Below, in pieces: positions 38,811 to 49,383 of a DNA stretch of 64,000 bases. Position 1 is the first letter of the stretch; each line of letters begins with the position of its first letter. Origin of the DNA: a virus (lineage: Duplodnaviria; Caudoviricetes); the IMG/VR virus record IMGVR_UViG_2901966883_000003, one strand, 5' to 3'. Below the pieces are notes generated by a model that was not told the origin of the DNA, did no database searches, and was given only the letters and a program-made list of their open reading frames with translations. The position numbers and the translations under genes were made by a program.

Positions 38811-39606
38811 TTAGCTTGGCGTCTACAACTTCCCAGTCATCAACACGAGCGTTTAATTCATCACAAATATCTCTATCAAAATCTATTGAAATCACGATAC
38901 TACCAGACTCCAAATTAACTAGGTGGTACTTGCATACACCAGGGTCATATACTACTATGACATAACATTCTTGTATCTCAACGACCAAAGCCTCTTCGTT
39001 TTCGGTGTCGGAAAACAAGATTTTGATTACGTCACCAGACCCAATAATATTGTTACGACTTAAATCTTTTACAATTTCCATTGTTCTACCAATCCCTAAC
39101 TCTAACTTATTATCAACGAAACATGATTTGATTTCTTCATTTGTATAATCTCTTGCTTTGTTTGCACAAATTTCATCTTTAAAATCTTTCCAACTAGAAT
39201 GTGAGTGTGTCATTTCCACCAATTTCCATGGCTCTATAGCAACTAATCTCCCCACAATTTTTTTAAAATCATTTACAACATTACTATTCAAGATATTATT
39301 ATCCATTTTTACTGTATGAACATGTATAATCCCATCTTTAATATTTGCTACTTTGTATTCGTAAGTTATTGGAATTGCTCCATTATTTTTAAAATTTCGG
39401 TATACTTCTTCCTCAACTGGTCCATATCTCCACTTAGAAAAATTGCCATTTATTAAAGGAGTATCGTATTCAGATAAACAATAACCCTGTAAAAAGAATA
39501 ATACCTTTTGTAGCTTTAGATTTGTTACTGGCTTATCTTCTTTTTTAGCAACACCAATTATAAAATTAGCCACAGCCATAGGGCTTTGTGATTCAAATCT
39601 TTCCAT
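38797..39606 (-). CDS. Panacea/SocA (DUF4065) antitoxin domain fused to a family C domain
   Basis: VANFII, TNLKLQKVLFF.QG, WRYGPV, L..MTH...W; C-terminal MEIVKD...GDVIKI...NLESG. Confidence 0.8.
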   Translation of the reverse strand: MERFESQSPMAVANFIIGVAKKEDKPVTNLKLQKVLFFLQGYCLSEYDTPLINGNFSKWRYGPVEEEVYRNFKNNGAIPITYEYKVANIKDGIIHVHTVKMDNNILNSNVVNDFKKIVGRLVAIEPWKLVEMTHSHSSWKDFKDEICANKARDYTNEEIKSCFVDNKLELGIGRTMEIVKDLSRNNIIGSGDVIKILFSDTENEEALVVEIQECYVIVVYDPGVCKYHLVNLESGSIVISIDFDRDICDELNARVDDWEVVDAKLSVSK

Positions 39607-39626
39607 TACTATCCTCCATCTCCAAA

Positions 39627-39959
39627 TTAATACCTATGTAATGGGCATTCCCATCTGACCCACCCCACGTCTTTTTTGATGTTCAATTCCGTTTCTAACG
39701 CTTTAATCCTACAACCCAAAAAATAATATTTAGACGCTGAATCTAAGTCGTGAGCCTTTAGTACATTACCTGTCCTTAGATTAGTCATGCAATACTCTTT
39801 GTCGTCATCTTGCTCACACAAACCCATGAGCCAATAATCACGCTTATAATCTTCGTCATATGGTTGAGCCACTTCAAACATCTCACCAATTCTAATATCA
39901 CTTAATTTGCATGTATTGGGTCTTTCGTCATAAACTTTCATACTTATACTCCTAATCAA
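39627..39959 (-). CDS. Paralog family C small protein
   Basis: IGEMFEV...YW...TNLRTG...LGC. Confidence 0.65.
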   Translation of the reverse strand: MIRSISMKVYDERPNTCKLSDIRIGEMFEVAQPYDEDYKRDYWLMGLCEQDDDKEYCMTNLRTGNVLKAHDLDSASKYYFLGCRIKALETELNIKKDVGWVRWECPLHRY

Positions 39960-40224
39960 TAATATTTAGTTCTGTATCTACAACTCTAATGTCGCAGCCC
40001 AAACAATAGTGTTTAAGCATTCCGTCAGCATTCTTTCCTATCAAAGATACACCAGTTTCCAAATTAGTAAGTACGTAGACATCTATGTTCTCATCTTTTA
40101 ATTGTCCGTTATAACCAACAATCCAGTATTCGTGGCGATGGTCTTCTGGGTTAATCACTTCTAAAACATCGCCGATTTTAATGTTTTCATCAACAATTAC
40201 GTTACGATTGTCTATTATTTCCAT
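39952..40224 (-). CDS. Paralog family C small protein
   Basis: IGDVLEV...YW...TNLETG...LGC. Confidence 0.65.
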   Translation of the reverse strand: MEIIDNRNVIVDENIKIGDVLEVINPEDHRHEYWIVGYNGQLKDENIDVYVLTNLETGVSLIGKNADGMLKHYCLGCDIRVVDTELNIID

Positions 40225-40262
40225 AAAAATCTCCTTATAAAATATCCATTTTATTCACGCAC

Positions 40263-40664
40263 TTATTTTCCGTCTGTCAAATCAATAGGAACGTGTTTGA
40301 TGTGATTGTACTTTCCATCGAAATTAACACCAGCCATATTGAAATCTAGGCAATCTTTATATGCACCTTCGTCATCTTCGCCTTCTGGAACATTGTAGGC
40401 AACTAACGGTGCGATATACTCAATATCTCTTGTATGGAAAGCCCCACCCGCAGTATTAACCCACCTCGTAAACTCATCATAATTATCTAATTTGTCAAGA
40501 ATAGCATTATAGCCCCTTTCTAATTTAAGAAGACTATCATAATGTAAATAATGTATGATATAACCGTCATTCAAACCACTCTTAATATAAGTAACAATGC
40601 AATAGTGATACTCGTACTTGGTATCTACCATCAAACCATCGATTTTTCCTAACTGAAATGTCAT
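40263..40664 (-). CDS. Hypothetical phage protein
   Basis: GGAGGTG RBS. Confidence 0.65.
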   Translation of the reverse strand: MTFQLGKIDGLMVDTKYEYHYCIVTYIKSGLNDGYIIHYLHYDSLLKLERGYNAILDKLDNYDEFTRWVNTAGGAFHTRDIEYIAPLVAYNVPEGEDDEGAYKDCLDFNMAGVNFDGKYNHIKHVPIDLTDGK

Positions 40665-40667
40665 ATC

Positions 40668-41066
40668 CTACACCTCCGTTTTAAAAGTCATTATAGTTGG
40701 GGTTGCACCCCATATCCACCAAATTACACACATCCACCATGTTGGATAGCACAGTGTCAAACGACACAAATAATATGGGATGACTGTATACCACATAATT
40801 ACTAAAATACTAGCAAGTGTAGTCCCCAATTTTGTAAGGTAGCCTTCTAAGATTTCACTGATTAAAAAGAATACACCACCCATAATCATAGATATTATTG
40901 GCATCATGATAGCCCATATATAGTAAATTAAAATTCCTTGTAAATTCCCCGTTAATATCATGGCTGAAAAGCATAGTGGCATGAAAACAAAATATAAAAA
41001 ACATGAAAATATAAGCATTGCAAACAATGTACTTTCCCCCTCTGCTAACACATTTATCAATCTCAA
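40668..41066 (-). CDS. Multi-pass membrane protein
   Basis: About four hydrophobic segments. Confidence 0.6.
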   Translation of the reverse strand: MRLINVLAEGESTLFAMLIFSCFLYFVFMPLCFSAMILTGNLQGILIYYIWAIMMPIISMIMGGVFFLISEILEGYLTKLGTTLASILVIMWYTVIPYYLCRLTLCYPTWWMCVIWWIWGATPTIMTFKTEV

Positions 41067-41086
41067 TTTGTTATAGTCGCATTGAA

Positions 41087-41323
41087 TTAATCACCTAAGC
41101 TATCTATAATAATTAGCAGCACTACAACTAAACCAATCGTAGTTTGTATGCCAAAGAACAACCAGTATAATATCAACCAACCAACCCCAAGACATACATG
41201 GATTGCATGTGGAAAGAAGTAAATCACACAAGCTAATAGAACTAAATACGCAAGTGTTAATAGTCCCAATAATATTCCATCAATTATCTTTCCTATTATG
41301 GAAATCACTCCTTTAATCTTCAA
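41087..41323 (-). CDS. Small membrane protein
   Basis: Two hydrophobic segments. Confidence 0.55.
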   Translation of the reverse strand: MKIKGVISIIGKIIDGILLGLLTLAYLVLLACVIYFFPHAIHVCLGVGWLILYWLFFGIQTTIGLVVVLLIIIDSLGD

Positions 41324-41508
41324 ATAGGTCTACTAACATTGAATATGATAGATGACCCATGCCTATTACGATTAATGCAGACATGAAACCAAGCACAAAC
41401 ATACCTACCATGAATGCTCTACTTGAGATGTACAAGAAAAGGAAAGCCAATGTAAAGGCACAAGTTCCTACGAATAGTTTCAAAACTTCCATCTATCTCA
41501 CTTCCTTT

Positions 41509-41739
41509 TTATCGCCAATCTAACAGAACTATCATCGTAACCAATCCAGCTACGAAGCAAAAGAATGAAGGTACAAAAATGAAAAAACCATTTATTAGCA
41601 ACAATCCGCTTGCTACTCGACTTGTACCCCAATACATAGCAAATAATGCTACATATGTGCTTGCAATAATAAAACCGACAATGGTTGAAAATACCCAGAT
41701 AATTCTGTTGCGTTTTTCTCTTTCTGTATTATTCATCAT
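41509..41739 (-). CDS. Small membrane protein
   Basis: AGGAGGG RBS; two hydrophobic segments. Confidence 0.6.
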   Translation of the reverse strand: MMNNTEREKRNRIIWVFSTIVGFIIASTYVALFAMYWGTSRVASGLLLINGFFIFVPSFFCFVAGLVTMIVLLDWR

Positions 41740-41839
41740 ATCTTCCCTCCTTTTAGAAACAGTAGCTCTTGTCTACCACTTCTAAAAGACTGGAAAACCC
41801 AGTCTACAACAACCATTATTCTTTTAGCAAATAGGAGTC

Positions 41840-42607
41840 TTATTTATTATTATGATGGAACCAGCTAATCTTCTTATCGAATAATGCAACTGCGTCATTA
41901 GATAAGTACAATAGGTATGTTACGAATAATACCCAGTTAACTGCTCCACTTGCTGCGGTAATTCCCCATAAAACAACAGAAGAAAGACCTTGTGCAATCC
42001 AGAAATAGTAGCTTTCTGAAAAACGTAATGTAGTTAACATAGCACCTGTAATACCAATAGCTGCTGCCACACTATCTACAACTGGACGTGGGCTAATGAA
42101 CCAATGTGTATCTGAGTAGTACAATACCAAAGCAACTACTACAAAGAATACTAATGTTAATAACCAATTACGCTTACCTTTACCACCTTCATGTAAGAAA
42201 CGTACCTTTTCTTCAACGTTCTTTGCCCAAGATGGCATAAGCAATACTGGTAAGTCTAATAACAGGATATAAACAGTTTGCAATAAAACATCATTGAAGT
42301 TCTTAGCATGAATAGCTACTGTAATGTAAATCAAAGCACTAACCAAACCAAAAATACCGTTTAATGGTTTAGCGTTTGTGATAGAAATAGTACATGTGAA
42401 ACCTAATGTACCAGCCAACAAAGTTAAAATTGAGATACCATTGATACCACTAGCAGCTGTCATACCAATAATTGCACCCAAACCAAACATCAACAGCATG
42501 TAGCTAGGAAAAGACCAGCCTTTCATTTGTTCTACATACCATGTTGGTTTCAACACGTTATACCATGCACCTGTGTTATCAAACTTATCTATTGTATTGT
42601 TTTCCAA
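41840..42607 (-). CDS. pnuC: PnuC-family nucleoside transporter
   Basis: Multi-TM; N...GLVS, P.VDS, ESYYFW motifs. Confidence 0.8.
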   Translation of the reverse strand: MENNTIDKFDNTGAWYNVLKPTWYVEQMKGWSFPSYMLLMFGLGAIIGMTAASGINGISILTLLAGTLGFTCTISITNAKPLNGIFGLVSALIYITVAIHAKNFNDVLLQTVYILLLDLPVLLMPSWAKNVEEKVRFLHEGGKGKRNWLLTLVFFVVVALVLYYSDTHWFISPRPVVDSVAAAIGITGAMLTTLRFSESYYFWIAQGLSSVVLWGITAASGAVNWVLFVTYLLYLSNDAVALFDKKISWFHHNNK

Positions 42608-42724
42608 AATAATTCAACCTCTTTCTTCTCTTTAGCTTTCAGTCTTACGACTTGCTTATCCACGATTAACATCGCTTCTTAATTTGTTATAGAAAACGTA
42701 ATGAATTTAAGGTATAATAGGTAT

Positions 42725-42890
42725 GAACCGAGTGTACCTCTAATTGTTTTAACATACTGAAACTGAAACGAAAAATGTCAAAAACACCTTTCTTACTTCC
42801 ATCCTGTAAACCTAATATTCGGAATTAAAAAAGGTCGGTACACTCACGAGGTTCTAGGATAGCTGATTCTGATAAGGCTATCCTATTTTT
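42725..42890 (+). ncRNA. Putative stand-alone hairpin-framed sRNA
   Basis: TATAAT at 42713; GAGTGTACC/GGTACACTC stem; terminator TAGGATAGC/GCTATCCTA + T5. Confidence 0.55.
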
Positions 42891-43077
42891 ATACCTTTTA
42901 ATAAATCATACCCATCAATTCACTACGCTTTCGTAGTTCTAAGACTAACTCTGAATAGACATACTCCAACTCTTTCCATCTTCCAGAACGTAAAATGTAA
43001 TTGAGTATATCTAATAATTCAGAAGTTTCATAATCATCAAACATTACATACCCTTGCACACTTCCCGAATGTTAAGA

Positions 43078-43461
43078 CTATACACGTTCGATATTAAAAC
43101 CTTTATGTTTATTGATTTTGCCATCTAAGACACGTCCAATAAACTCATCTTTTAGCTTGTTATCATCAACAAACTTTTGGTATTCTTCGCTGTTTTCTTC
43201 AAACACATTTTCATTACCATCTGTGTCAGTAAATTTAATCTTATTGACTTGTGTTTGTTCTTCTTGCTTTGGTTCGTCCTGTAAATCACTAGCAACTTCT
43301 AGGCTTTCTTCACGAGTATCTTTAACTTCATGAACATCAACTGCTGGAATTACTTCCTTAGTATAGAAGTGTTCCAACCTAGTAAACATTTGATTGCCTA
43401 TGTAGTAGACTCTCTTCATGATAACAGGCTCACCTTTATACCAACGATATGGTTTTGTCAC
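43078..43461 (-). CDS. Hypothetical phage protein
   Basis: GAGGTG RBS. Confidence 0.65.
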   Translation of the reverse strand: MTKPYRWYKGEPVIMKRVYYIGNQMFTRLEHFYTKEVIPAVDVHEVKDTREESLEVASDLQDEPKQEEQTQVNKIKFTDTDGNENVFEENSEEYQKFVDDNKLKDEFIGRVLDGKINKHKGFNIERV

Positions 43462-45782
43462 TAAATTTCACCTCGCTTTCTGGCTTCCAAAGACATGAAT
43501 GCAGATAGATTTGTCTTATGCACCTTGTTTGTAGACTTCTTAATAGCCTTAGCCAAAGTAGCATAACTAGATATTACAAAACATAATTCACTTGTACGTG
43601 TAATAGCTGTATAAACCAACTCACGACTGTTCAACATGAATTGGAATGGTAATACCACAATTACACATGGGATAGTAGAACCCTGTGACTTATGTACTGT
43701 AATTGCATAACCAAGTCTAATACTTCTTAAATCACCACTGTCCAAAAGCACTCTGCCGATACCGTCAAAGTTGATTACAGACTCAATATATTCATCGCCA
43801 TCTTCGTCAACTTGTTTTGTAATAGACTCGATTATCCCAGTGTTACCATTATAAATAGGAGTAATAGCATTGCCTTTTTCAGCAGAAACAGTACGTCTAT
43901 TATTTACTGTATTGATGACCTTATCACCTACACGTAAAACATAATCATCATCTTTGTTTTGGAATGAAACGACATACTCTTCCTTTTTCCTATTCTTAGG
44001 GTTAGCAATCTGTTGGCAAAGGGCATTTAACGCATTACAATTCTTTGTAGTTTGTGTGATAATCTGAATGTCTTTTACTTTATACTTACTCAAGGCTTTC
44101 TTGAAAAAGACCAAAGCGTTAGGAATTAGATTATCTACCACTCTACCTTGATTATCATGTTCCTTCTCATTCTCAAGTAACTTATATACTAAGTCCTTTT
44201 TAGTACCACATAGGAATAAACCTTCTTTGTTTACTTCCTTTGGCATAGTACCTTTACGATACGTAATAGAATGAGATATAATGGCACTTTCTTCTGCTTG
44301 TCTATGAATTTCAGTTAAGGTGATTGTAGGAATAACTTGCGAGTCTAAAATGCCAGACATAACACCGATACCGATTGAATCAAGCTGACCCGAGTCACCT
44401 ACCATGATTAACTTAGCCCCATCTTTGATTGCACTAACCAAACTATAAAACAGGTCTAAATTAACCATTGAAACTTCATCTAAAATAATTACATCATAAG
44501 GCAATGGGTTCTTCTTCCAATAATTAAACATGGAATCTGAACTGGGATTGTATTGCAATAATCTATGAATAGTCATACCTTGCAACCCTGTAACTTTAGT
44601 TAAGTTATCCGCTGCCTTACCAGATAAAGCACATTGAGCTATTGTAAAGTCATTAGCTTGCATAGCTCTTACTACTGCTTTAAGCAAAGATGATTTACCT
44701 GTACCAGAATAACCTTGTAATAAGAAGACGTTATTTGTGGCGATGGTATGGATAGCTTCTAATTGTTGCTTACCATACTTCCAGCCTTGTTCCTTTTCAA
44801 CTTCTGATATGTAGGTATCAATATCATCAATACTCTTTTTGTTATCCCAAGCATTTTGAACCCTTAATAGTTCATAAGCTGTTTTCTTCTCAAGTTCATA
44901 TGTTTCCCTTAAAGCTACGCAATTAACACCATCTTTTTTGAATATCTTAAAGTCTTCATTACCTAAGATAAAGTTAGTAGCACTATCTAAATCAGCATTA
45001 TAGACTTCTGTACGTAGATGATTACGTAGCTTTTCAATAGGAATATATGAGTCACCAGACATGCTTAAATCATCAAAGAAATTATAGATATAAGCCTCAA
45101 CACGTCTTCTGTCATTAGGTGCAATACCATTTTCTAACGCTTTGTTATCAATAGTCTTAAACCCTATGCCAGGAATACGGTCAAGATATAGATTGTATGG
45201 ATTTTCATTCAGCTTTTTAATAGCCAAATCTTGATTGCGATATTTGTTAACGATAGTTTTAATTTTAGAATGAGTAAAGCCCCACTTACCAAATACTGCA
45301 ATAGCCATACTATAATCACGTTGGCTACCATACTTATCTAATATCTTTGAAGCCTTAACCTTGCCAATACCGTTTACCTTTTCAAGCTCACTGGTATCGT
45401 TTTGTTCGAGAGCTTTATTCATAATATCTTTAGTCTTTTCACCGAAGTATTCAGCGACCTTATCAGCACTATTGCCTAGACTAGCCATAAACTCGTTAAA
45501 GTCTTCTGCACTCATATCTTCAATAGCACGTGTACGCTTGTATGACTCGATATTATATTGCTCACCATATTTCTTATCAACAATGTATGAGGCAACAATT
45601 TCATACTCTGTTTTCGGTAGTAGCTCCATACCACCTTTAAGAGTGATATTGCCATAATTGTTGTATCTGAATAAGCCTTCTAGCTCATCAAGAACGTTAA
45701 TACTAGCAATTTTAAAATCACTTGTTTTGGAAGAAAAAATATAGTTATTAAGCGTTCCTACAAATTTAATTCCATCTCTCAT
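43461..45782 (-). CDS. recD2: RecD2-like SF1 helicase
   Basis: HhH (GIGK), GYSGTGKS, TIHRLL, DEVSM, GDSGQL, YAITVHKSQGS, YTAITR. Confidence 0.93.
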   Translation of the reverse strand: MRDGIKFVGTLNNYIFSSKTSDFKIASINVLDELEGLFRYNNYGNITLKGGMELLPKTEYEIVASYIVDKKYGEQYNIESYKRTRAIEDMSAEDFNEFMASLGNSADKVAEYFGEKTKDIMNKALEQNDTSELEKVNGIGKVKASKILDKYGSQRDYSMAIAVFGKWGFTHSKIKTIVNKYRNQDLAIKKLNENPYNLYLDRIPGIGFKTIDNKALENGIAPNDRRRVEAYIYNFFDDLSMSGDSYIPIEKLRNHLRTEVYNADLDSATNFILGNEDFKIFKKDGVNCVALRETYELEKKTAYELLRVQNAWDNKKSIDDIDTYISEVEKEQGWKYGKQQLEAIHTIATNNVFLLQGYSGTGKSSLLKAVVRAMQANDFTIAQCALSGKAADNLTKVTGLQGMTIHRLLQYNPSSDSMFNYWKKNPLPYDVIILDEVSMVNLDLFYSLVSAIKDGAKLIMVGDSGQLDSIGIGVMSGILDSQVIPTITLTEIHRQAEESAIISHSITYRKGTMPKEVNKEGLFLCGTKKDLVYKLLENEKEHDNQGRVVDNLIPNALVFFKKALSKYKVKDIQIITQTTKNCNALNALCQQIANPKNRKKEEYVVSFQNKDDDYVLRVGDKVINTVNNRRTVSAEKGNAITPIYNGNTGIIESITKQVDEDGDEYIESVINFDGIGRVLLDSGDLRSIRLGYAITVHKSQGSTIPCVIVVLPFQFMLNSRELVYTAITRTSELCFVISSYATLAKAIKKSTNKVHKTNLSAFMSLEARKRGEI

Positions 45783-46081
45783 GAACTTTTCACAGCCTTT
45801 ACTATTTGCATTGCTTGAGCGCCATCAACGTTGTAATAATCTAGCATATCTGCTACATGATTACTTGTTTCGTGATAAACCAAAATCGGTCTACCAGACT
45901 CAATAGCTCTGTCCACATCATCTTTACTTAAAACAGCTGATATAGCACCTTTAGAACGGTGATACTCTTTAAGGTCAAGAGTTGTGAACATTTCATAGTG
46001 AATAATCGACTTGAACTTTGCCATGTTAAAATCACGTCTTAACTTGAAAGTCCCACGACCTTCATCAGTTACAATTTCCAT
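45779..46081 (-). CDS. Hypothetical phage protein
   Basis: Coupled ORF. Confidence 0.6.
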   Translation of the reverse strand: MEIVTDEGRGTFKLRRDFNMAKFKSIIHYEMFTTLDLKEYHRSKGAISAVLSKDDVDRAIESGRPILVYHETSNHVADMLDYYNVDGAQAMQIVKAVKSS

Positions 46082-46568
46082 CTATTGTCTCCCTCCCTCT
46101 CAAGTATTTATTGCAAAGTAACTTGTTGTAGGGGTAAGGAATATAGCCTTGTAAATTATTTGTACGGATATATTTAAGGGCTTTTGCCTTACTAGAAAAG
46201 ATAGTAGTATCATCTATGCCGAGCGAACTAGATAATACATAATGATTTTGGTGTTTCTTGACAAGACTTACATATTCTTTGAAGTGTTTATCTGTTTTCA
46301 ACTTCTTTATGAATGGATCGTCTGTCTTTTTACCAGCAAATTTAGAAAGGACTTGCTTGAGAGTTGGTTTTGTTCGTAGAGTTAAGTTTTCCATCACCAT
46401 ATTTGCGAATGCGAAATATCTTTGATAGAAATAACGATTGCTTAGATATTCTCTGCACCATACTAGGTCTGGGTCATTATCATCTAATGTCCATTCAATA
46501 TCTAAACCGTTCTTATACTCTGCGTTTTTTAAATGCTCGTAGAAAGAGTTACTAAGCAGAATTTTCAC
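46065..46568 (-). CDS. Hypothetical phage protein
   Basis: First ORF after promoter. Confidence 0.6.
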   Translation of the reverse strand: MKILLSNSFYEHLKNAEYKNGLDIEWTLDDNDPDLVWCREYLSNRYFYQRYFAFANMVMENLTLRTKPTLKQVLSKFAGKKTDDPFIKKLKTDKHFKEYVSLVKKHQNHYVLSSSLGIDDTTIFSSKAKALKYIRTNNLQGYIPYPYNKLLCNKYLRGRETIDGNCN

Positions 46569-46595
46569 CTTCCTTATTTCGTGCTTGTAAGTTAT

Positions 46596-46658
46596 TTGTT
46601 TATTCTTTAAACTCTTAACTTAACTATTACATTATAACATATATACATATTAAGTCAA
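46596..46658 (-). promoter_or_regulatory. Sigma-A promoter plus 24-bp element
   Basis: TTGACT...TGTTATAAT then GTTAAGTTAAGAGTTTAAAGAATAAACAA. Confidence 0.75.
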
Positions 46659-46702
46659 TAATTAAACATGAAAAAAGCACTCGTTTTTGAGTGCTAATTT
46701 TC

Positions 46703-48184
46703 CTATACCAATGCTCTATCTAAACGACAAGTCCCTACATCTGTAAAGGTATTTAAACCTCGATTTACCTTTAATACAACTTGTTCATTAGTTGTCCCTT
46801 GACGGTTCTTGTCCCAGAATACAATCACATAATCATCTTCTGGTTGTAATTCAACTTCATATCCAGCTGCATTATGCACCGTTAATCTTTCAGAAGCCTT
46901 AGCCTCTGGGTCTTTTTCACTTTGAGTTACATCACGAACCAACATAACAGATGAGGCAACGTCAATGATATTTTTAGAAACCCCTAATTGTGATTGGTCT
47001 AAATATCTTGAATTGCGTCCACCTTTAGATAATTGAGCTGTAACCCAGACATGAACATTCAAGCTTGATTCCTTGATAACGTTATACAATCTAACCATGT
47101 TTTGTTGCATAACTAACCAACTTTTATCACTAACATGTGAACCTGTATCATTATCTAACTTTAACGTATCTAATACGAAATACTTAACATCATACATTGT
47201 TGCATACTTCTTAATCAATCTGATTGTCTTGGCCATACTAAAACTTTCCATACTTACAAATCGTATAGTATTTTCTTCAATATTTGCTTTATACCAATCA
47301 CTTGCTTCTTTTAGATATTCCATTTCCTTATCTGAAAAACCACCAGTAAAGAAACGGTTCTTATTGAAATAAGCATTCTTGTGTTTTGTATTGATAAATC
47401 TAACCAACAATTCCTGTTGCCACTTACTTCTATCTTCTTCGTTGGCGATGATTAATACAGGTTCTTTATTCTCAATACATGATTGAACATGAATTAAAGT
47501 AGTTAAGAAACTCTTACCAACACCAGAATGAGCTGCCAGCATAGTAATATTACCCAAGCGTAAGCCATGCTGTATGTCTTCCATTAACTTTGACTTTAAT
47601 GGTAAACCAGCTTCCTTACCGAGATTAGCGGACTCTATCATTTCGTCCATGCCTCTAAAAATATCTCCAACCTTTTCATATTGACTATCTGTGTCAATAA
47701 AAGCATTATTGACTACATTAGTAAAATAGTCGTTGAGTTCTTCTAAAGGCATACTTTTAAGGTTTTTCCATTGACTTTCGATAGGGAAACCTTTCTTGTA
47801 CAAAATTCTCAACACTTGGTATTTTTGGATATTGTTGTAGTATGTTTCGATATTGCTTTCTTCAACCAATTCCATACCATCAGCAATTTCTTGAAATCCA
47901 CCAAAGGCATTATATAGCTCTTGTAATTTATCACTTTGTCCAGATACATAAGTACCTACCGTAACAGCGTCTAGTTTATGCACATTGCTATTATCTATTA
48001 AGTCTTGTGCAATACCGTAGAACATTTTCCAACCTTCACTAGCAAACATTGTTGGTTTTAATTTGTATTCATAATACAATTCTGTGTCCTTATATATGGA
48101 TAATACATACAAACCTTCTTCACGTTGTTGGTCGTATACTAAGTTCTTTTCAAAATCTGACAACTCTTCTATTTTCTTTGGCAA
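46703..48184 (-). CDS. DnaB-like replicative helicase
   Basis: AHSGVGKS Walker A, ANEE, VLDTLK, TAQL, DKNRQG. Confidence 0.85.
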   Translation of the reverse strand: MPKKIEELSDFEKNLVYDQQREEGLYVLSIYKDTELYYEYKLKPTMFASEGWKMFYGIAQDLIDNSNVHKLDAVTVGTYVSGQSDKLQELYNAFGGFQEIADGMELVEESNIETYYNNIQKYQVLRILYKKGFPIESQWKNLKSMPLEELNDYFTNVVNNAFIDTDSQYEKVGDIFRGMDEMIESANLGKEAGLPLKSKLMEDIQHGLRLGNITMLAAHSGVGKSFLTTLIHVQSCIENKEPVLIIANEEDRSKWQQELLVRFINTKHKNAYFNKNRFFTGGFSDKEMEYLKEASDWYKANIEENTIRFVSMESFSMAKTIRLIKKYATMYDVKYFVLDTLKLDNDTGSHVSDKSWLVMQQNMVRLYNVIKESSLNVHVWVTAQLSKGGRNSRYLDQSQLGVSKNIIDVASSVMLVRDVTQSEKDPEAKASERLTVHNAAGYEVELQPEDDYVIVFWDKNRQGTTNEQVVLKVNRGLNTFTDVGTCRLDRALV

Positions 48185-48188
48185 GTTT

Positions 48189-48503
48189 CTATCCCACTTT
48201 CATTAAATTATTGGTTATATAAGCCTTTTCTTCGGCTGCAAATTTACTTAATGTTTCTGGGTCGTATAATGATTTAAGTGTTTTATCACTTCGATACATA
48301 ATTTCCAAAGTATTAAACAGCATATTTAATACCGCCCCATTAGAAACATTAAAATATTTGTGTGTATTGTCTATAATCTTCATGAAAATACGTTCCTTGT
48401 TTTCTGATTTAACAATACCTTCTAATCCAAAACTTGATAGCAACAACATTTTGTTACGTTCAAGTTCATTCTTTACATATTCTAGTTCGCTAGTTCTATC
48501 CAA
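48189..48503 (-). CDS. Hypothetical phage protein
   Basis: AAGGAGG RBS. Confidence 0.65.
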   Translation of the reverse strand: MDRTSELEYVKNELERNKMLLLSSFGLEGIVKSENKERIFMKIIDNTHKYFNVSNGAVLNMLFNTLEIMYRSDKTLKSLYDPETLSKFAAEEKAYITNNLMKVG

Positions 48504-48520
48504 CTACAAGCAGAACCTCC

Positions 48521-49372
48521 TTATTTCTCATCTTCAAGCCAAGCCCATCTAGCTTTGCCACTTGTTTTAGACTTGCGTTGATATGGTAGTTTCTCAACGT
48601 TACTCAATCTCTCTTTTTCTGCCAAGCGTTTCTTAGTTTCAATTTCAGTCAATTCCTTTTGACGTTCCATCGCTTTTACTCTACCGTTAATAAAGTCAAT
48701 GTTGTTCCAGATGATAACCATTGCATAGTTAATCTTGTGGTTCATATCATGAAATCTACGACTCGCAAATTCTTCAGTGATTTGTGTTTTAACGTATTTC
48801 ATAGTGTAAAGGATAGTCTTATAAGAATAACCAGCCTCAACACCCATAATAACGTCACCTCGGTTAAGTCTTTTCTTACCAATTCGTAATGCTGCAAGCC
48901 TATAAACAATAGCTTTATTCTCTCTTGCTTGCGATGGTCGCATATTTAGAATTTCATAAGCAAAGTAGTCGTATACTTCTTCCCATTCCTTGTTTTCTTG
49001 CTTTCTCAAGTCTGCATTTTGCATATTGTTAATATACTTGATATAGCAATTAGGGTGATACTTGCCATAGCTATTACCAAACTGGTTATACAACACCAGT
49101 GACTCATCTGTATCAACGAATAATCTTCCACAATACGTACAATTAGGCTTTTTCTGGGCGGTTCTTCTCTCATTCAATTTCTTACGATATGAAGCCGACT
49201 CGATTTCCCCACCCTGTTCTTCTAATACCTTTTTAAATTCTGGCAAACATTTCTCATGAAATCTTCTGTGAGCTGATTTCCCACTTGTATAAGGAACTCT
49301 AAACTCTACAATATCCATTTCATCTTCAAAAGTTCCACCACAGTAGAAACACGTTTTAGCTCTCTTTGCCAT
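48521..49372 (-). CDS. Zn-finger protein upstream of the helicase (loader-like by position)
   Basis: Two CxxC...HxxC modules. Confidence 0.55.
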   Translation of the reverse strand: MAKRAKTCFYCGGTFEDEMDIVEFRVPYTSGKSAHRRFHEKCLPEFKKVLEEQGGEIESASYRKKLNERRTAQKKPNCTYCGRLFVDTDESLVLYNQFGNSYGKYHPNCYIKYINNMQNADLRKQENKEWEEVYDYFAYEILNMRPSQARENKAIVYRLAALRIGKKRLNRGDVIMGVEAGYSYKTILYTMKYVKTQITEEFASRRFHDMNHKINYAMVIIWNNIDFINGRVKAMERQKELTEIETKKRLAEKERLSNVEKLPYQRKSKTSGKARWAWLEDEK

Positions 49373-49383
49373 ATTCCACCTAC

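Noticed and set aside
42692-42931. Imperfect inverted repeats suggesting an invertible promoter near pnuC
   Set aside because: Too degenerate; the right arm lies within a plausible small ORF
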